In this document: positions 7,105-17,311 of the stretch, in pieces | How the letters are laid out: each line of letters starts with the position of its first letter | Position numbering within the stretch: the first letter of the stretch is position 1 | Virus record (IMG/VR): IMGVR_UViG_3300043431_000166 | Location: 1-39,943 of that record | Direction: 5' to 3' (one strand) | Source: a virus | Lineage: Duplodnaviria; Caudoviricetes | DNA length: 39,943 nucleotides | Notes under the pieces: generated by a model | Told to the model about the DNA's origin: nothing | The model's input: the letters and a program-made list of their open reading frames with translations, nothing else | Databases searched by the model: none | Program-made: the position numbers and the translations under genes

Positions 7105-8658
7105 TTAAGCTATGCGGACGGCTGAAAGTCTACCGCTATAGTTACCAGAGCTAGAACCAAATGGTCGGGCAGTTAAGAAGTAAGATGTTGTCGCACTTAT
7201 GCTCACACGAACTGCTGGAATACACCCACCGTTATCCGCGCCTGTTACCATGTTGAATGTGGTGGCTGTATCGCCCACTATATGGCCAGTGGAAGAGTTC
7301 GTTGCTGTGGCAATTCCAAAGTCTACTTGTGTCATTGATGCTGTGGACAGGCACCGAAGCATGCAAGATATATCCCACACACCTGCGGTTAAAGTTAATG
7401 CAGTTAATACTGTTGTGTATGCCCCGGTGTTTATTCCTGTCACACCTGTCTGGGATTGGACTAGACGCTCTCCAACATACCCAGCACCAATCGCAGCACC
7501 AGTCGTCTGACCTCTAACTTGATCCACTTCTTCCCAGCTTGGTGCGGTCGCTGTGCCCGCCACACTAAGTGTGCGCAACCATTTTTTGGTGTTTGTTGTG
7601 TCGCCCGCCAGACGCACGTTGTCGGTACCATTGTGGTATATAATATCACCGATCGTGGTGGTTGGAGCTAGGGTGTCGAATGCTGCGGTAGCTCCGGTCT
7701 GTCCTGTCCCGCCGTTTGCAATCGGTAGTGCGCCAGTGACTTTACTGGTCAAGTCAATAGAGCCGGCCAACATCGCGTTGGTTACTTTACCGGCACCGAT
7801 CGTAGCGACAACAGAGCCAGGACCTGATGCAGTTACATCCCCGGTCAAAGCTGTGAGGTAGTTCCCGGTAGCCTGTTTGCCGTTCAATTGCGTTTGAATA
7901 GACGAGGTAGCGTCAAGGAACCCCAGTGTTGTTGTTGTCACACTGGAGCTGACCAAGTCCTTGTCTCCGTCTGTAGTCAGTACGCGGGAGGCGGTCAGGC
8001 CCGTCAGATTTAGGTCCCCGTTGGCCCTCAGTCTCATACGTTCGGCAGGGCCAGCAGAGTTAGATAAGTACCAGACAAAGTCAGCGACTCGCGTGGTCCC
8101 GTCCCCGGTGTAAACAGCATCAAACTTCGCGGCGCTGAGAATGTTGTTGTTAAACCGAGGATGAAAATCGACCCCGCCAATGTCGTCCCCGTTAGCAAGG
8201 TTAGCGTTCGCCCCCCTTGTGCGCCGGAACTCAATATGGGGGTGGGAGGTTGCCGTATCGTTGCGGTTCTCCATTCGTATCATCCACGTATTGGTGGTGG
8301 TCAGGTCGTCGTCGTTGCGGAGATCAAGTGTCTTGATCCCGTTGGCGTCCCCGGCATCGGTAACCGCCATAGGGCCGCTAACCACGACTCCAGTAGAGTC
8401 CCGTCGAAGCACCTCTGTGGCGTCTCCGAGCACTGTTTTAATCGAGGTGAGGGCTAGGTCTTGGACCGTGTTGTCATCCCCGTCAATCGTAGCCCCCGCA
8501 AGGACCCCAGCGTCGCTAAGGGTTACCGTGCTATCCTGTATGAGTTTCCCCGAGGTCCCATCAAACCGGGCAATAGCGTCGTTAGTGCTCGCGCCAGGAC
8601 CTACTACGTCTCCCGAACTGGAGCCACCGCCGTCTTCAGGCCAAAGAAACTCAGCTAT
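7105..8658 (-). CDS. tail fibre / receptor-binding protein, probable ATA start (517 aa)
   Basis: Frame open 75 codons upstream of the track start (8433), encoding GDVVGPGASTNDAIARFDGTSGKLIQDS. Fibre-type motifs ERMRL, TSSIQTQLNGKQ, LTGDVT and LPIANGGTG; Thr/Ala/Gly-rich. Confidence 0.8.
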   Translation of the reverse strand: MAEFLWPEDGGGSSSGDVVGPGASTNDAIARFDGTSGKLIQDSTVTLSDAGVLAGATIDGDDNTVQDLALTSIKTVLGDATEVLRRDSTGVVVSGPMAVTDAGDANGIKTLDLRNDDDLTTTNTWMIRMENRNDTATSHPHIEFRRTRGANANLANGDDIGGVDFHPRFNNNILSAAKFDAVYTGDGTTRVADFVWYLSNSAGPAERMRLRANGDLNLTGLTASRVLTTDGDKDLVSSSVTTTTLGFLDATSSIQTQLNGKQATGNYLTALTGDVTASGPGSVVATIGAGKVTNAMLAGSIDLTSKVTGALPIANGGTGQTGATAAFDTLAPTTTIGDIIYHNGTDNVRLAGDTTNTKKWLRTLSVAGTATAPSWEEVDQVRGQTTGAAIGAGYVGERLVQSQTGVTGINTGAYTTVLTALTLTAGVWDISCMLRCLSTASMTQVDFGIATATNSSTGHIVGDTATTFNMVTGADNGGCIPAVRVSISATTSYFLTARPFGSSSGNYSGRLSAVRIA

Positions 8659-8691
8659 GGCACGCCCTCCTTATATAAGAAATTGTCATAC

Positions 8692-9060
8692 TTAACTCCC
8701 TATCGCGCGTTTGACAACATACGCCGTCAGTGCGCCGGAACCGCTAGTTCTATCATAGAACAGGCGGATCTTAGTATATGGGATCTGATTAAGGTTGATT
8801 AGGTGGTTGCCCGCAGCACCCGTCGCCTCCGGTGTGGTTGAGAACGCCAGATTGGACCATGCAGCACTTGCTGGGTCCGTCTCCGCCAGAGGATCGATCG
8901 ACCCCTGCACGTAGAACAATCCCGCAGGAGTGCCAGTAAAAATCAATTGAATTCCGATGTTGTCCGTGTACCGGACATCGGTGGGCTCGGAGGTTATGTC
9001 CGCCCCCATACTTGTTGCGTCCAGCCATAGGTATGGCTTGGTCGAGTTCTTTCCAGACAT
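8692..9060 (-). CDS. putative virion protein
   Basis: AAGGAG SD; lies between the ejection proteins and the fibre. Confidence 0.7.
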   Translation of the reverse strand: MSGKNSTKPYLWLDATSMGADITSEPTDVRYTDNIGIQLIFTGTPAGLFYVQGSIDPLAETDPASAAWSNLAFSTTPEATGAAGNHLINLNQIPYTKIRLFYDRTSGSGALTAYVVKRAIGS

Positions 9061-9098
9061 TATGTCTCCTTGGTAGGTTCGCCCTTGTTGGGGCTAGA

Positions 9099-9863
9099 TT
9101 AAGCAGGAGCACCAAGCGCCTGCATATCGGATACTGCGTTCTCTGCAAGGTTAGGGGCCTTGCTACCCTGTGGTCTTCCAGGTCCTGTGGGCTCGTAGTT
9201 GGTCTGCCACAGCATGACATCCTGGAAGTTAGTCATTGGCACCCCAGCCATAGCGGACAATCCCGCTAACTGCCAGCCGGACAGCGCCCGGAATTCGTTG
9301 CGGTACATGTAATCTACTCCGGCCTTAAGATACTCAACCATGATCGCCATAGTGAGTTCGGGGAAGACTTCACGGATCGCTGCTGCCTCAGACGGGGCCA
9401 GAAAGCCCGCATCCAGGAGGTCGAATATGCGGCTCACATCATCCAGGATATTGACTGCCCACATGAACTTGGTTTTATCCGAGTCCGCTGGGGGGATCTC
9501 CTGGGCAATTAGCCCGCCCGTGAACTTGATCGCTGGCTGCCTCTCGTATAACCACATCCGTACATCCAGGTACTTGGCCAAGAAGTCTACTTGCAGTTCC
9601 TGGGGCACCTGTGTGATGTCCGGGTTAGCGTCCATCGGGTTATCCAGGGCAGCAACGACCTCGTCATAGTCGCTCACCTTGTACTTGGCCTTCGGGGGTG
9701 TGGCGGGCTTCTTAGCGTTTGCCCACACCTTAGCCCTGCGCTGGATGGTCTTCTCGATGTTCTCGGCCTCCGCAGCCCTAGCCTGGGACAGCCGGAGACG
9801 CTTAGTCCCAAAGTAGAACGGCAGCCCAGCGGTACCCGTCAGCCATTCAGTGGCTAGACTCAT
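9099..9863 (-). CDS. putative internal virion protein
   Basis: ATGA coupled to the upstream gene; position in the structural block. Confidence 0.55.
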   Translation of the reverse strand: MSLATEWLTGTAGLPFYFGTKRLRLSQARAAEAENIEKTIQRRAKVWANAKKPATPPKAKYKVSDYDEVVAALDNPMDANPDITQVPQELQVDFLAKYLDVRMWLYERQPAIKFTGGLIAQEIPPADSDKTKFMWAVNILDDVSRIFDLLDAGFLAPSEAAAIREVFPELTMAIMVEYLKAGVDYMYRNEFRALSGWQLAGLSAMAGVPMTNFQDVMLWQTNYEPTGPGRPQGSKAPNLAENAVSDMQALGAPA

Positions 9864-11539
9864 TTCTTACCCTCCATGTACCACAGGCGGCTAGGACTCT
9901 GAGACGCGCCAAGAGCGGCCTCAAGGAAGTCACGCCTAGACCTAGTCACATGAGCCAATCCAGCAGCCTGTCCTTCGGGGGTTCTGGATACTGTAATATC
10001 ACTAGGTAGGTATGTTGCGATGAACTGATTGTATTCAGTATCCGCAATCGACGCACCGGAATCGAGACGAAGCTTGTCCACCATGACTTTGCGAAGCGCT
10101 CGGTTGTAGAGTTGAAGGCGATTATCCCCCGCAACAACTTCGTTAATCTGATTATCAAAGTTGGTCAACCAAGCGGAGACGGCAGCTGGCCCCTCCAATA
10201 TACCGAAGTTTCTAAAGCTGTTTTTCAGAGCCTTCACGTAGTTGGAGTATGCCTTATCATTGGTCAACCCACCAGCCTCCAAGTCTTCCATAATCTTGAC
10301 TTGAGGGGCCGCGTTGAGTACCATCTTGTATTCCTTGGACTGGGCCTCGGTCATAGGTTGGCCATCTCTCTGCAGGAACGACGCGGGACTACCTTTCTGG
10401 GTCTTGGTATCGAAGATATCCATGCGGGTTGTAGTCCTGGCGGCCAGTTCCTTCTCCATGTCAAACAGCTCTTTATTCGCTTTAAGCTGTGTCTCGGATC
10501 GCATCTTCTCAGCAGCCGCCCTAGCGGCAGGTACGTTGGTCTTGCTGATCATGGCAGAAAGTTGCTTATCTAACTGGTCGTACTTGGCTACCTTAGCGGC
10601 CACAAGGTTCTCAAACTGAAGCTTGATAGCTTGCTGTGCTTGCACCGATCCAGACTGGGCTAGAGATAGCTGGGACTCAAGGTTCTTAAACCTAGCATCC
10701 TGGGCTTTAGTATGGTCGTCAATCTGCGTATTTAGGAGTTGCATAGCGACGTTCTGGCCGCCTATCTTAGCCTGTCCTAGGGCACCCAGGCCCACGCCAA
10801 TGGCCAACATGATCTTGTCGCCCGTGTCCTTGCTCCCCCAATAGCTCTGCCAAGGCTGGGATGCGTAATCTGCGCGAAGACGTGCTATCTCCGTGCGGCT
10901 GACTTCCATATCCTTTTCCGCTTGATCCGCAAGCGCGTTCATTCGGCTGGCGTACATGTCCGCCTCTACCGATCGAACCATATCGATGGTTTCTTTTTCC
11001 GCCGCGATAGTAGCCGCGATATCTGCTTCTTGCACAAGGGCCGCGTCTATTCCTGCGACACCCGCCCTAGCACCTTGCAAGGAGTTGTTCATACCTGCGG
11101 TTGGCAGTACCTCGGTTAGGGCCTCCTCCCCGACTTTGCGGGACACCATCTGGTCGCCGCCCTGAGTTACCGCCCCACCGAATTCCGGTGTAGGGACGAG
11201 TATTTCCGGCTTTGGTACGCCTTCTGGCGATTGTGGGTATTGCGCACCGATCATGTTCTGGAAGTTACTCAGTATCTCCCGAGGAGCTGTCATTGGGTTG
11301 AACGCCTCGTTAAGCGCTTCGGTAGTGACCCCAAAGTTAGGGACCGTAGCGGACGGCCCATCGCTGTAAATTGCAGGTTCTGCACCCATCATCACGTCAT
11401 CAGCGGGGACAGCCTCAATTGAGGGGGCGTCCATTAGGCCGATATCTACTGCCGCCTGATCGATGTCGGTCATTAGGGCAGTCGTAGGTACTTCAGGTAA
11501 GAACAGTTCGTTCTGATCTAAGTTCTCGATGTCATCCAT
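9860..11539 (-). CDS. putative internal virion (DNA ejection) protein
   Basis: Ala/Gln-rich and helical with a hydrophobic AIGVGLGALG segment; follows the nozzle gene. Confidence 0.6.
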   Translation of the reverse strand: MDDIENLDQNELFLPEVPTTALMTDIDQAAVDIGLMDAPSIEAVPADDVMMGAEPAIYSDGPSATVPNFGVTTEALNEAFNPMTAPREILSNFQNMIGAQYPQSPEGVPKPEILVPTPEFGGAVTQGGDQMVSRKVGEEALTEVLPTAGMNNSLQGARAGVAGIDAALVQEADIAATIAAEKETIDMVRSVEADMYASRMNALADQAEKDMEVSRTEIARLRADYASQPWQSYWGSKDTGDKIMLAIGVGLGALGQAKIGGQNVAMQLLNTQIDDHTKAQDARFKNLESQLSLAQSGSVQAQQAIKLQFENLVAAKVAKYDQLDKQLSAMISKTNVPAARAAAEKMRSETQLKANKELFDMEKELAARTTTRMDIFDTKTQKGSPASFLQRDGQPMTEAQSKEYKMVLNAAPQVKIMEDLEAGGLTNDKAYSNYVKALKNSFRNFGILEGPAAVSAWLTNFDNQINEVVAGDNRLQLYNRALRKVMVDKLRLDSGASIADTEYNQFIATYLPSDITVSRTPEGQAAGLAHVTRSRRDFLEAALGASQSPSRLWYMEGKK

Positions 11540-11552
11540 GTATCTCTCCTTG

Positions 11553-12578
11553 TTAGAACATACCGCGTGTACGGGTCATAGGGCGACCGAATGGAGGCTT
11601 TTTAATTTGAGGTGCTTGTCCTACTAGCCCAGCGCCTTGGGGTGCGGGTGGCTCCGAAGCCCTCAAACTGGCTCCGGTAGCGGCCTTAGTGGCGGCAGCG
11701 GCGGCGGGGGCTGCGGCGGGTACTCCTGCAGCTGTGACCAATCCACCGGCAGCGATTGGAAGTAGTTGATCAAGTATACTCGGAGCACTCTGCTTGCCTG
11801 CCTTAGCCGCTGCGACTTGAGCACCTCGGTTATAGCCACCCTCAAATACACGGCCCGTATCATCTAGGAGTCCGCCCGCTGCAGCTGCCTGTACCTGGGC
11901 GTTCTTGAGCGCGATCTCTGCGTTCGAGGTACCTAGGCCGATATCTTGCTGACGGCTCTGCAGATCGCCTGTCCTACCCGCTGCGGCCAAAGAGGCTAGC
12001 GCTGACTGGGCATCTTGTTGTTCTTTCAATCTAGCCATACCGGACTCGGCGGCAATGTTGCCAAGGAGATTAGTGCTGGCCAGGGCGGCTGTTCTACCAC
12101 CCAGCGCTGCGTTGGCCCCAGTAGCGGCCCGAATAGCCCCCATGGACTTCTGCAAGGCGGTGTTCCCAGCCTGCTGGAATTGTTGCTGAGCAAGACTTGG
12201 GCCTTGGCCGTTAGCGGTCTTGGTTAGCTGATCCAATAGGGATACCTGGGAGTCGCGGAATCGGGGGTCTAAGGGCGCGGCGGTCACTCCCGGTACGGTG
12301 GTGTTTGCTATGCGCTCCAGGGGGCTCCTACCGACAGCGCGTTCTGCATCGTACTTAGCGCCCAAAGCCTCTGCCTCAGCTCTTGCGGCCTCGTCTCGGG
12401 CGGTATCCCTGGTTTTTGCGTCACTCTTATTCCCTTTGTATGTGTCCATCGCCCATTTAGTTGCGGCTATCGTAGGTACGTTGAGGCCCCCCGTGGCGAC
12501 GGTGGCGAGATCCCCAGCATTCCATTTACTTACAGGCTTGACTTTGACGCCAAGGCTTTTGGGTAGTTTAAGTGCCAT
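11553..12578 (-). CDS. putative internal virion (DNA ejection/pilot) protein
   Basis: Ala/Gly/Gln-rich with a GQGPSLAQQQ motif; directly after the nozzle gene. Confidence 0.6.
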   Translation of the reverse strand: MALKLPKSLGVKVKPVSKWNAGDLATVATGGLNVPTIAATKWAMDTYKGNKSDAKTRDTARDEAARAEAEALGAKYDAERAVGRSPLERIANTTVPGVTAAPLDPRFRDSQVSLLDQLTKTANGQGPSLAQQQFQQAGNTALQKSMGAIRAATGANAALGGRTAALASTNLLGNIAAESGMARLKEQQDAQSALASLAAAGRTGDLQSRQQDIGLGTSNAEIALKNAQVQAAAAGGLLDDTGRVFEGGYNRGAQVAAAKAGKQSAPSILDQLLPIAAGGLVTAAGVPAAAPAAAAATKAATGASLRASEPPAPQGAGLVGQAPQIKKPPFGRPMTRTRGMF

Positions 12579-12586
12579 TATTCACC

Positions 12587-15559
12587 TCAATAGTTGTTAG
12601 GAGCGTTTCGGGATTTGAACGAAGAATCTTTAGTACCAATCTCGGCCATCAATCCCTTTAATTTCCATCCTGCGTTAGTGCTGGATATCTTGAGCTTTAT
12701 TGCAGAACATTTCTGTATGGGGACCGACAACCGTATTTGCTCAGGGTTGGTACTGGGCAGCGACGTGCTGACGATCGTCCAGGTATACACAGAGGTCTCA
12801 GATCCGTCAATATACATGTCAACGGTCAGGGTGTGATCAGCAAGACGCTCAAGATACAGCCACATGGCGTATACCCTCTGATACCCCTGCAAGGCCCCTA
12901 GACGTATCCAGGAGGTTGTCATCGACGTTGTAAACGTCTCTGTGGATGAGTCTACCGTCTGGTATATACCGTCTTGAGTCAGATACGTTGGGCGGTTGTT
13001 GATCAGGGTAGCGCCAGTGATGGAGTCGCCGGAACCCACTGGAGGGGTCCACCTTGACCACGCCTTAGCCTCCCAATCGTATACCCAAATCTCTCCATTG
13101 TCAAGGGCAAAAGCCACTTCTGACGTAGTCTCATCAACCCAGGTACCCACCACAGTTTCATCCCTCTCGTCAAAAGGCCCAGTACCGACGAATGTCAGTT
13201 CCTGGTTTCGGAGGATTAGGTAGATTCCTTTAGCCGATTTGAAAAATAATCCTGGAGGGGCCAGTATCACTGACGCAGGGTCTTCGCATCCGATACCATT
13301 GAACCGTATCTCAGGGACCGTCAACGTGCTGTTCTCTCCAGTATTTCCTGCAGGGTCACCATACACAGTGAAGACTTGGTTGTTTGTGAATGCGTACAGC
13401 ACCCCGTCCATAGTACCTAATGCGGTCAGCGGGGAGGATGTCTGTGGGATCGATATCTCCAGACCGGCAGCGAAACTAGGAGCCACGTACAGTTCTGAGG
13501 GCTTAGAGTACATTATCGTATTGTCTGAGTCGAACGGCAGAAGGGCTAGTCGCCCCTTCCATACTGTGGAGGCCCGTGAGCCTGGGACAATCGTATTTGT
13601 CAGCTCACCCGACGACGACGGTAGTGGGAACCGTAGGTTAAGGCCCCCGTCTAGCGTGTTATCTGTGAGTGTCAACTCTTCTACCGTGATAATTGTCAGC
13701 AGGTACGGGATGGAGCCGTTTCCCTCAGTGCGATACACTTCGATAGAGGCGTATGACAGGGGGGTATTCCTAGTAGTATACACCTCGAATGCCGATACCG
13801 GAAAGTCAAACTTAAATTGATTCAAGTCTGGTGTACTGTCAAACGTCGTCATCCTGATTGGTAGCGTTTCCAGGGTGTGGCGGTTACCCAGCGAGTCAAC
13901 CCATACCTTGACAAATACGTATGTATATTCAGTATTTAGCGGTAGGCTTCCACCCGAAAGTAGTTCCTTAGTGTACGGAAACGGTACCGGCCAAGGGCTT
14001 GAAGGGCTCTGACCCGCCCCGTCGATGGTCTTAGCTACTGAGGATACTAGAGTAGATGTAGACCCGAGCGAGTACCCCCTAGTCGCTGGAGATGACGCTA
14101 TCTGAAACTGCATGACCGATGCCAGAAGTGTGGTGACGGAGTAGTCGGTCAGAATCCGTGAGGACCCCACACCTGCTACGTTCCCCATAGCCGTACTCTG
14201 CGCTATGAACTGAAAAGTCCCTGACCGTATGTGCGGAATGGTTAGAGTGGTAGTAGTCTTGCTCATGCGGGAGTTGAGGTTGTACTCAGAGGCCCCGAAT
14301 ATGAAGTATGTCTCACTTAGGGACGTGGTGTCCGCCCCCCATTGGCTGGCTAGCTCGAATTGACTGACCGTCCCGCCGTCATAGTTGGCGATCTGTATGA
14401 GTGCCGAGGACTGAGACCCAGGAGCCGAGGCGTCAACTGCATACAGATATATGCGGGAATTGATACAGATTGGCGCTGCGGGGGACACCCAACCGACTGA
14501 TATCGAATCCCAGATGTTAGCGGCAGCCGCTGTAGTGAACCTGTAAGCGTGCAGAGTCATCCCGCTACCGGCTGAAAAGGTACTCACAGAACATGCTATT
14601 GCGTCCGAGGCGATCTCACATATACCAAACCCGATGTACTCCAGGACAGCTGTCGCGGTAGGCGAGCGGGATTGGGATGCTACCAGAGTCAAAGATGTGT
14701 TGTAATACGTGACTATAACATCCTCTGTACCTACCTCCCAGTACCCAACCGCCACGTATGTGGTCGATCTGATTACGTCCACTACTCGACTAGTGGCCGC
14801 GCTAACAGTCACAGATGACGCTGTGGATATTGTGGTACCGGAGATGGTCAGTTTGCGCAGTATCGTGTTGGTGGCGTTTGATATAATCGCGTACCAGCAA
14901 GAATCTGTACTGGAGTACGTAATCGAGAATGCCTCTACCCCAGTGAATGAGGGTACCGTTATAGCTGTTACGGTGGTTGTGGTCACTTGGTAGCACGACA
15001 CCACGTTAGACGCGTTCGTGATCCAGATAAACGCGGACCCGGTTGGGCCTGCCGTGACACACAGAAATCGGCTATTTGCGAATGACTGCTGACCAGCTAC
15101 AAGAAGCTCTCCCTGATCGGTGAGGAACTGATAACCGATATTGGTCCCCAGGTTATCCCAGGCGACAAACACAGTACCGTCTGACAATGTGACTGAGGTG
15201 GGCTTGGTACACCCGCCGCCTGCGCTGGCAGAGGTGTTGTACGTGCCGCCCAGTACCTGATTGCGCCCAAGCGGAGCCCATGTAGGGGCTAGATTGGTGT
15301 GTGTACCGTTTACCGTCTTGTATAGGTAGCCGTCTACCAGGGAAAGCGCACTATCTCGCGCCTCTGCAATGAACCCTGTGGACGTGGCGCTAAGGGCTTG
15401 CAGATCGTCAAAAGACGGCCTAGGGTCATAGGCCCCCGTGTTCGTGAATCGAAGGTTATTCAGGTCAGACAGCGCTGGGGGCGTGTCGTTTACTGAGTCG
15501 GTCTTGGTGTCTATCCCGCTGATGGTCGGGATGTCAACGTATTGCTTGTTCAAGGGCAT
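12587..15559 (-). CDS. tail nozzle / tail tubular protein B-like
   Basis: 990 aa, beta-rich; GIDTKTD N-terminus, C-terminal GC....S...P.GLFF.S.KGIY and TSWIRL...QGYQRV; podovirus gene order. Confidence 0.7.
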   Translation of the reverse strand: MPLNKQYVDIPTISGIDTKTDSVNDTPPALSDLNNLRFTNTGAYDPRPSFDDLQALSATSTGFIAEARDSALSLVDGYLYKTVNGTHTNLAPTWAPLGRNQVLGGTYNTSASAGGGCTKPTSVTLSDGTVFVAWDNLGTNIGYQFLTDQGELLVAGQQSFANSRFLCVTAGPTGSAFIWITNASNVVSCYQVTTTTVTAITVPSFTGVEAFSITYSSTDSCWYAIISNATNTILRKLTISGTTISTASSVTVSAATSRVVDVIRSTTYVAVGYWEVGTEDVIVTYYNTSLTLVASQSRSPTATAVLEYIGFGICEIASDAIACSVSTFSAGSGMTLHAYRFTTAAAANIWDSISVGWVSPAAPICINSRIYLYAVDASAPGSQSSALIQIANYDGGTVSQFELASQWGADTTSLSETYFIFGASEYNLNSRMSKTTTTLTIPHIRSGTFQFIAQSTAMGNVAGVGSSRILTDYSVTTLLASVMQFQIASSPATRGYSLGSTSTLVSSVAKTIDGAGQSPSSPWPVPFPYTKELLSGGSLPLNTEYTYVFVKVWVDSLGNRHTLETLPIRMTTFDSTPDLNQFKFDFPVSAFEVYTTRNTPLSYASIEVYRTEGNGSIPYLLTIITVEELTLTDNTLDGGLNLRFPLPSSSGELTNTIVPGSRASTVWKGRLALLPFDSDNTIMYSKPSELYVAPSFAAGLEISIPQTSSPLTALGTMDGVLYAFTNNQVFTVYGDPAGNTGENSTLTVPEIRFNGIGCEDPASVILAPPGLFFKSAKGIYLILRNQELTFVGTGPFDERDETVVGTWVDETTSEVAFALDNGEIWVYDWEAKAWSRWTPPVGSGDSITGATLINNRPTYLTQDGIYQTVDSSTETFTTSMTTSWIRLGALQGYQRVYAMWLYLERLADHTLTVDMYIDGSETSVYTWTIVSTSLPSTNPEQIRLSVPIQKCSAIKLKISSTNAGWKLKGLMAEIGTKDSSFKSRNAPNNY

Positions 15560-15567
15560 ATTTCACC

Positions 15568-15888
15568 TCAAAAAACGTAAATGTCTACGGTGGTTGCCGA
15601 TGACGCTGTAAGGGTCAGGAACAGAGTAGAATTCGATTGAGTGGCCTCGTAGGGGACGACCCCAGAAGTGCGACTAACCACAAACCAGCCTACCCAGGGG
15701 CGACCTAGCTTGTGGGGTATGTTCGTGGCGCTTGTCCCTATGGTGGCACCCTTAAGGATCCTACCATCTAAGGTGGGGTTGATCTCTAGGGGCCTTACAA
15801 ATTCGGCTATCGTGTTGATAACGGCCTGTAGTTCCGGCTGTGTCTGGGCTATCTTCTTGAATGCCTTAATCAAAATTCCACTCCCCAT
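15568..15888 (-). CDS. small virion protein
   Basis: HKLGR.W.GW motif; lies between the adaptor and the nozzle. Confidence 0.6.
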   Translation of the reverse strand: MGSGILIKAFKKIAQTQPELQAVINTIAEFVRPLEINPTLDGRILKGATIGTSATNIPHKLGRPWVGWFVVSRTSGVVPYEATQSNSTLFLTLTASSATTVDIYVF

Positions 15889-16549
15889 ATCTGACAGACT
15901 GAGCTAGGTCAGTTATGCGTTCGGGTTGGTCCGCATTGCGGTTAGCGGACATCGATACGATTCGCTGCGCTAGGGCCGCCTTCTGGTTCTCCATATCGGT
16001 CACTTGCTCCTCGCCCTTTAGCTTGGCCTTTATGGCGGCGTAAAGAACGATGTATTCCTCCCAGCCTGCTTTACTAAGCGCGGTAGGAATCGTGTCTGAA
16101 CCGGACGACAGGGCGGTGGCCGCTGGGACGTACCAGATGCGATAGGTGCCGGATGATCTATCTTCTGGGGTGATCTCCACGTTGTCCGCTATCAGCCGGT
16201 ATCTACGCACAGAGTCATTACCCCGTGAGCTATACGTCCAATATAATTGGCGATTTCTATCGTTAAAGTTGTACTGAGGGACGTTTAGGTAGGCGTCCCC
16301 TGTGATAGCGTAGTCGATTCCTCTTAGCTTATAGAAGGCCGCAGGTAGTGCAAACGAGCTACCCGAGCTAATAGTTGCAGTTGTTGACGTTGTGAAGTAG
16401 TCTTCGTAGGCACCTACCACAATGTCGTAAAGTTCCATGAACCCTGAGTTAATCCAGGTAGTCCATTCTGCCGATGATACAAAGTTACTACCAACCAAAT
16501 CCGCCATTTGCTTGGCCCGGTCGGTAAGATTCGTCAAAGTAACAGCCAT
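15866..16549 (-). CDS. head-tail adaptor (tail tubular protein A-like)
   Basis: TL..L..RA...AD...S.F, WIN, LP..FY.L and YIVL.AA pattern; start ATG at 16549 with GGAG SD. Confidence 0.7.
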   Translation of the reverse strand: MAVTLTNLTDRAKQMADLVGSNFVSSAEWTTWINSGFMELYDIVVGAYEDYFTTSTTATISSGSSFALPAAFYKLRGIDYAITGDAYLNVPQYNFNDRNRQLYWTYSSRGNDSVRRYRLIADNVEITPEDRSSGTYRIWYVPAATALSSGSDTIPTALSKAGWEEYIVLYAAIKAKLKGEEQVTDMENQKAALAQRIVSMSANRNADQPERITDLAQSVRYGEWNFD

Positions 16550-16563
16550 AGCAACTCCAAATG

Positions 16564-16585
16564 AAAAAAGGGCCCCGAAGGGCCC
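16564..16585 (-). terminator. intrinsic terminator after the capsid gene block
   Basis: GGGCCC-TTCG-GGGCCC followed by T6 on the minus strand. Confidence 0.8.
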
Positions 16586-16596
16586 CATAACGCCCG

Positions 16597-16836
16597 TTAA
16601 TCTTCTTTGGTATCTTCTTCTGTGTCCATCAGGGCTAACAGGTTACGAAGAGATTTGACCACCGATTCTGTGTCACCGGAGCGAACTCCGTCAATCAGTT
16701 TCTGGGCGGCCATGTTGATACCATCCTTCACGTAGTCATTCATGTTGAAGTCAGGCGGACCCGGCTCCTTCATTTGCTGCACAAACCCAGGCTTACCTAC
16801 GGCGGCACCGGGCTTAGGTTTCCAGGGAAGCATCAT
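16597..16836 (-). CDS. hypothetical protein
   Basis: Co-oriented with AAGGGG SD. Confidence 0.6.
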   Translation of the reverse strand: MMLPWKPKPGAAVGKPGFVQQMKEPGPPDFNMNDYVKDGINMAAQKLIDGVRSGDTESVVKSLRNLLALMDTEEDTKED

Positions 16837-16845
16837 AAAGCCCCC

Positions 16846-17244
16846 TTAGCGTACCGAGGTGTTCTGAAGCAGAAACGTCAGATACAGGGTACAGCCGCTT
16901 GGAAGTTCTGCCGCTATCAGGGTAGTGGTCGAGGAGTTGGTAGCAGCTACGCACCGGAATTTGATTTCCTTGGTGCTGGCTACGCCCTCAGATATCAACT
17001 GAAAGCCTGTGTTCTGGGCGATACCGTCATCAAGCAACGATATGTGGGCGTTCAGGAAGTAGGGGAACTTTTGAGCCAGGGTCACCGTGTATAGGCCGGT
17101 GTTGTCCCGGACGATAGATGCGATACCAAGACTCGCTGCAGTGTCAAGGGTGGGTGCGCCAGTAGAGCCGATCGCTACCTTACCATGTATCATCTTGACT
17201 TCGCGGGAGCGGGATTGTACACCCCAAAAATAATTATTAGCCAT
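16846..17244 (-). CDS. putative capsid decoration/minor capsid protein
   Basis: Beta-rich with SIVRDNTGLYTVTL; first structural gene after the capsid gene, and function is positional. Confidence 0.55.
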   Translation of the reverse strand: MANNYFWGVQSRSREVKMIHGKVAIGSTGAPTLDTAASLGIASIVRDNTGLYTVTLAQKFPYFLNAHISLLDDGIAQNTGFQLISEGVASTKEIKFRCVAATNSSTTTLIAAELPSGCTLYLTFLLQNTSVR

Positions 17245-17311
17245 AATCACTCCACGGGGCTCTCCACCCCAACAGGAAGAAAGAGGGGGACAACCCCCCT
17301 CTAGTTAAAAA

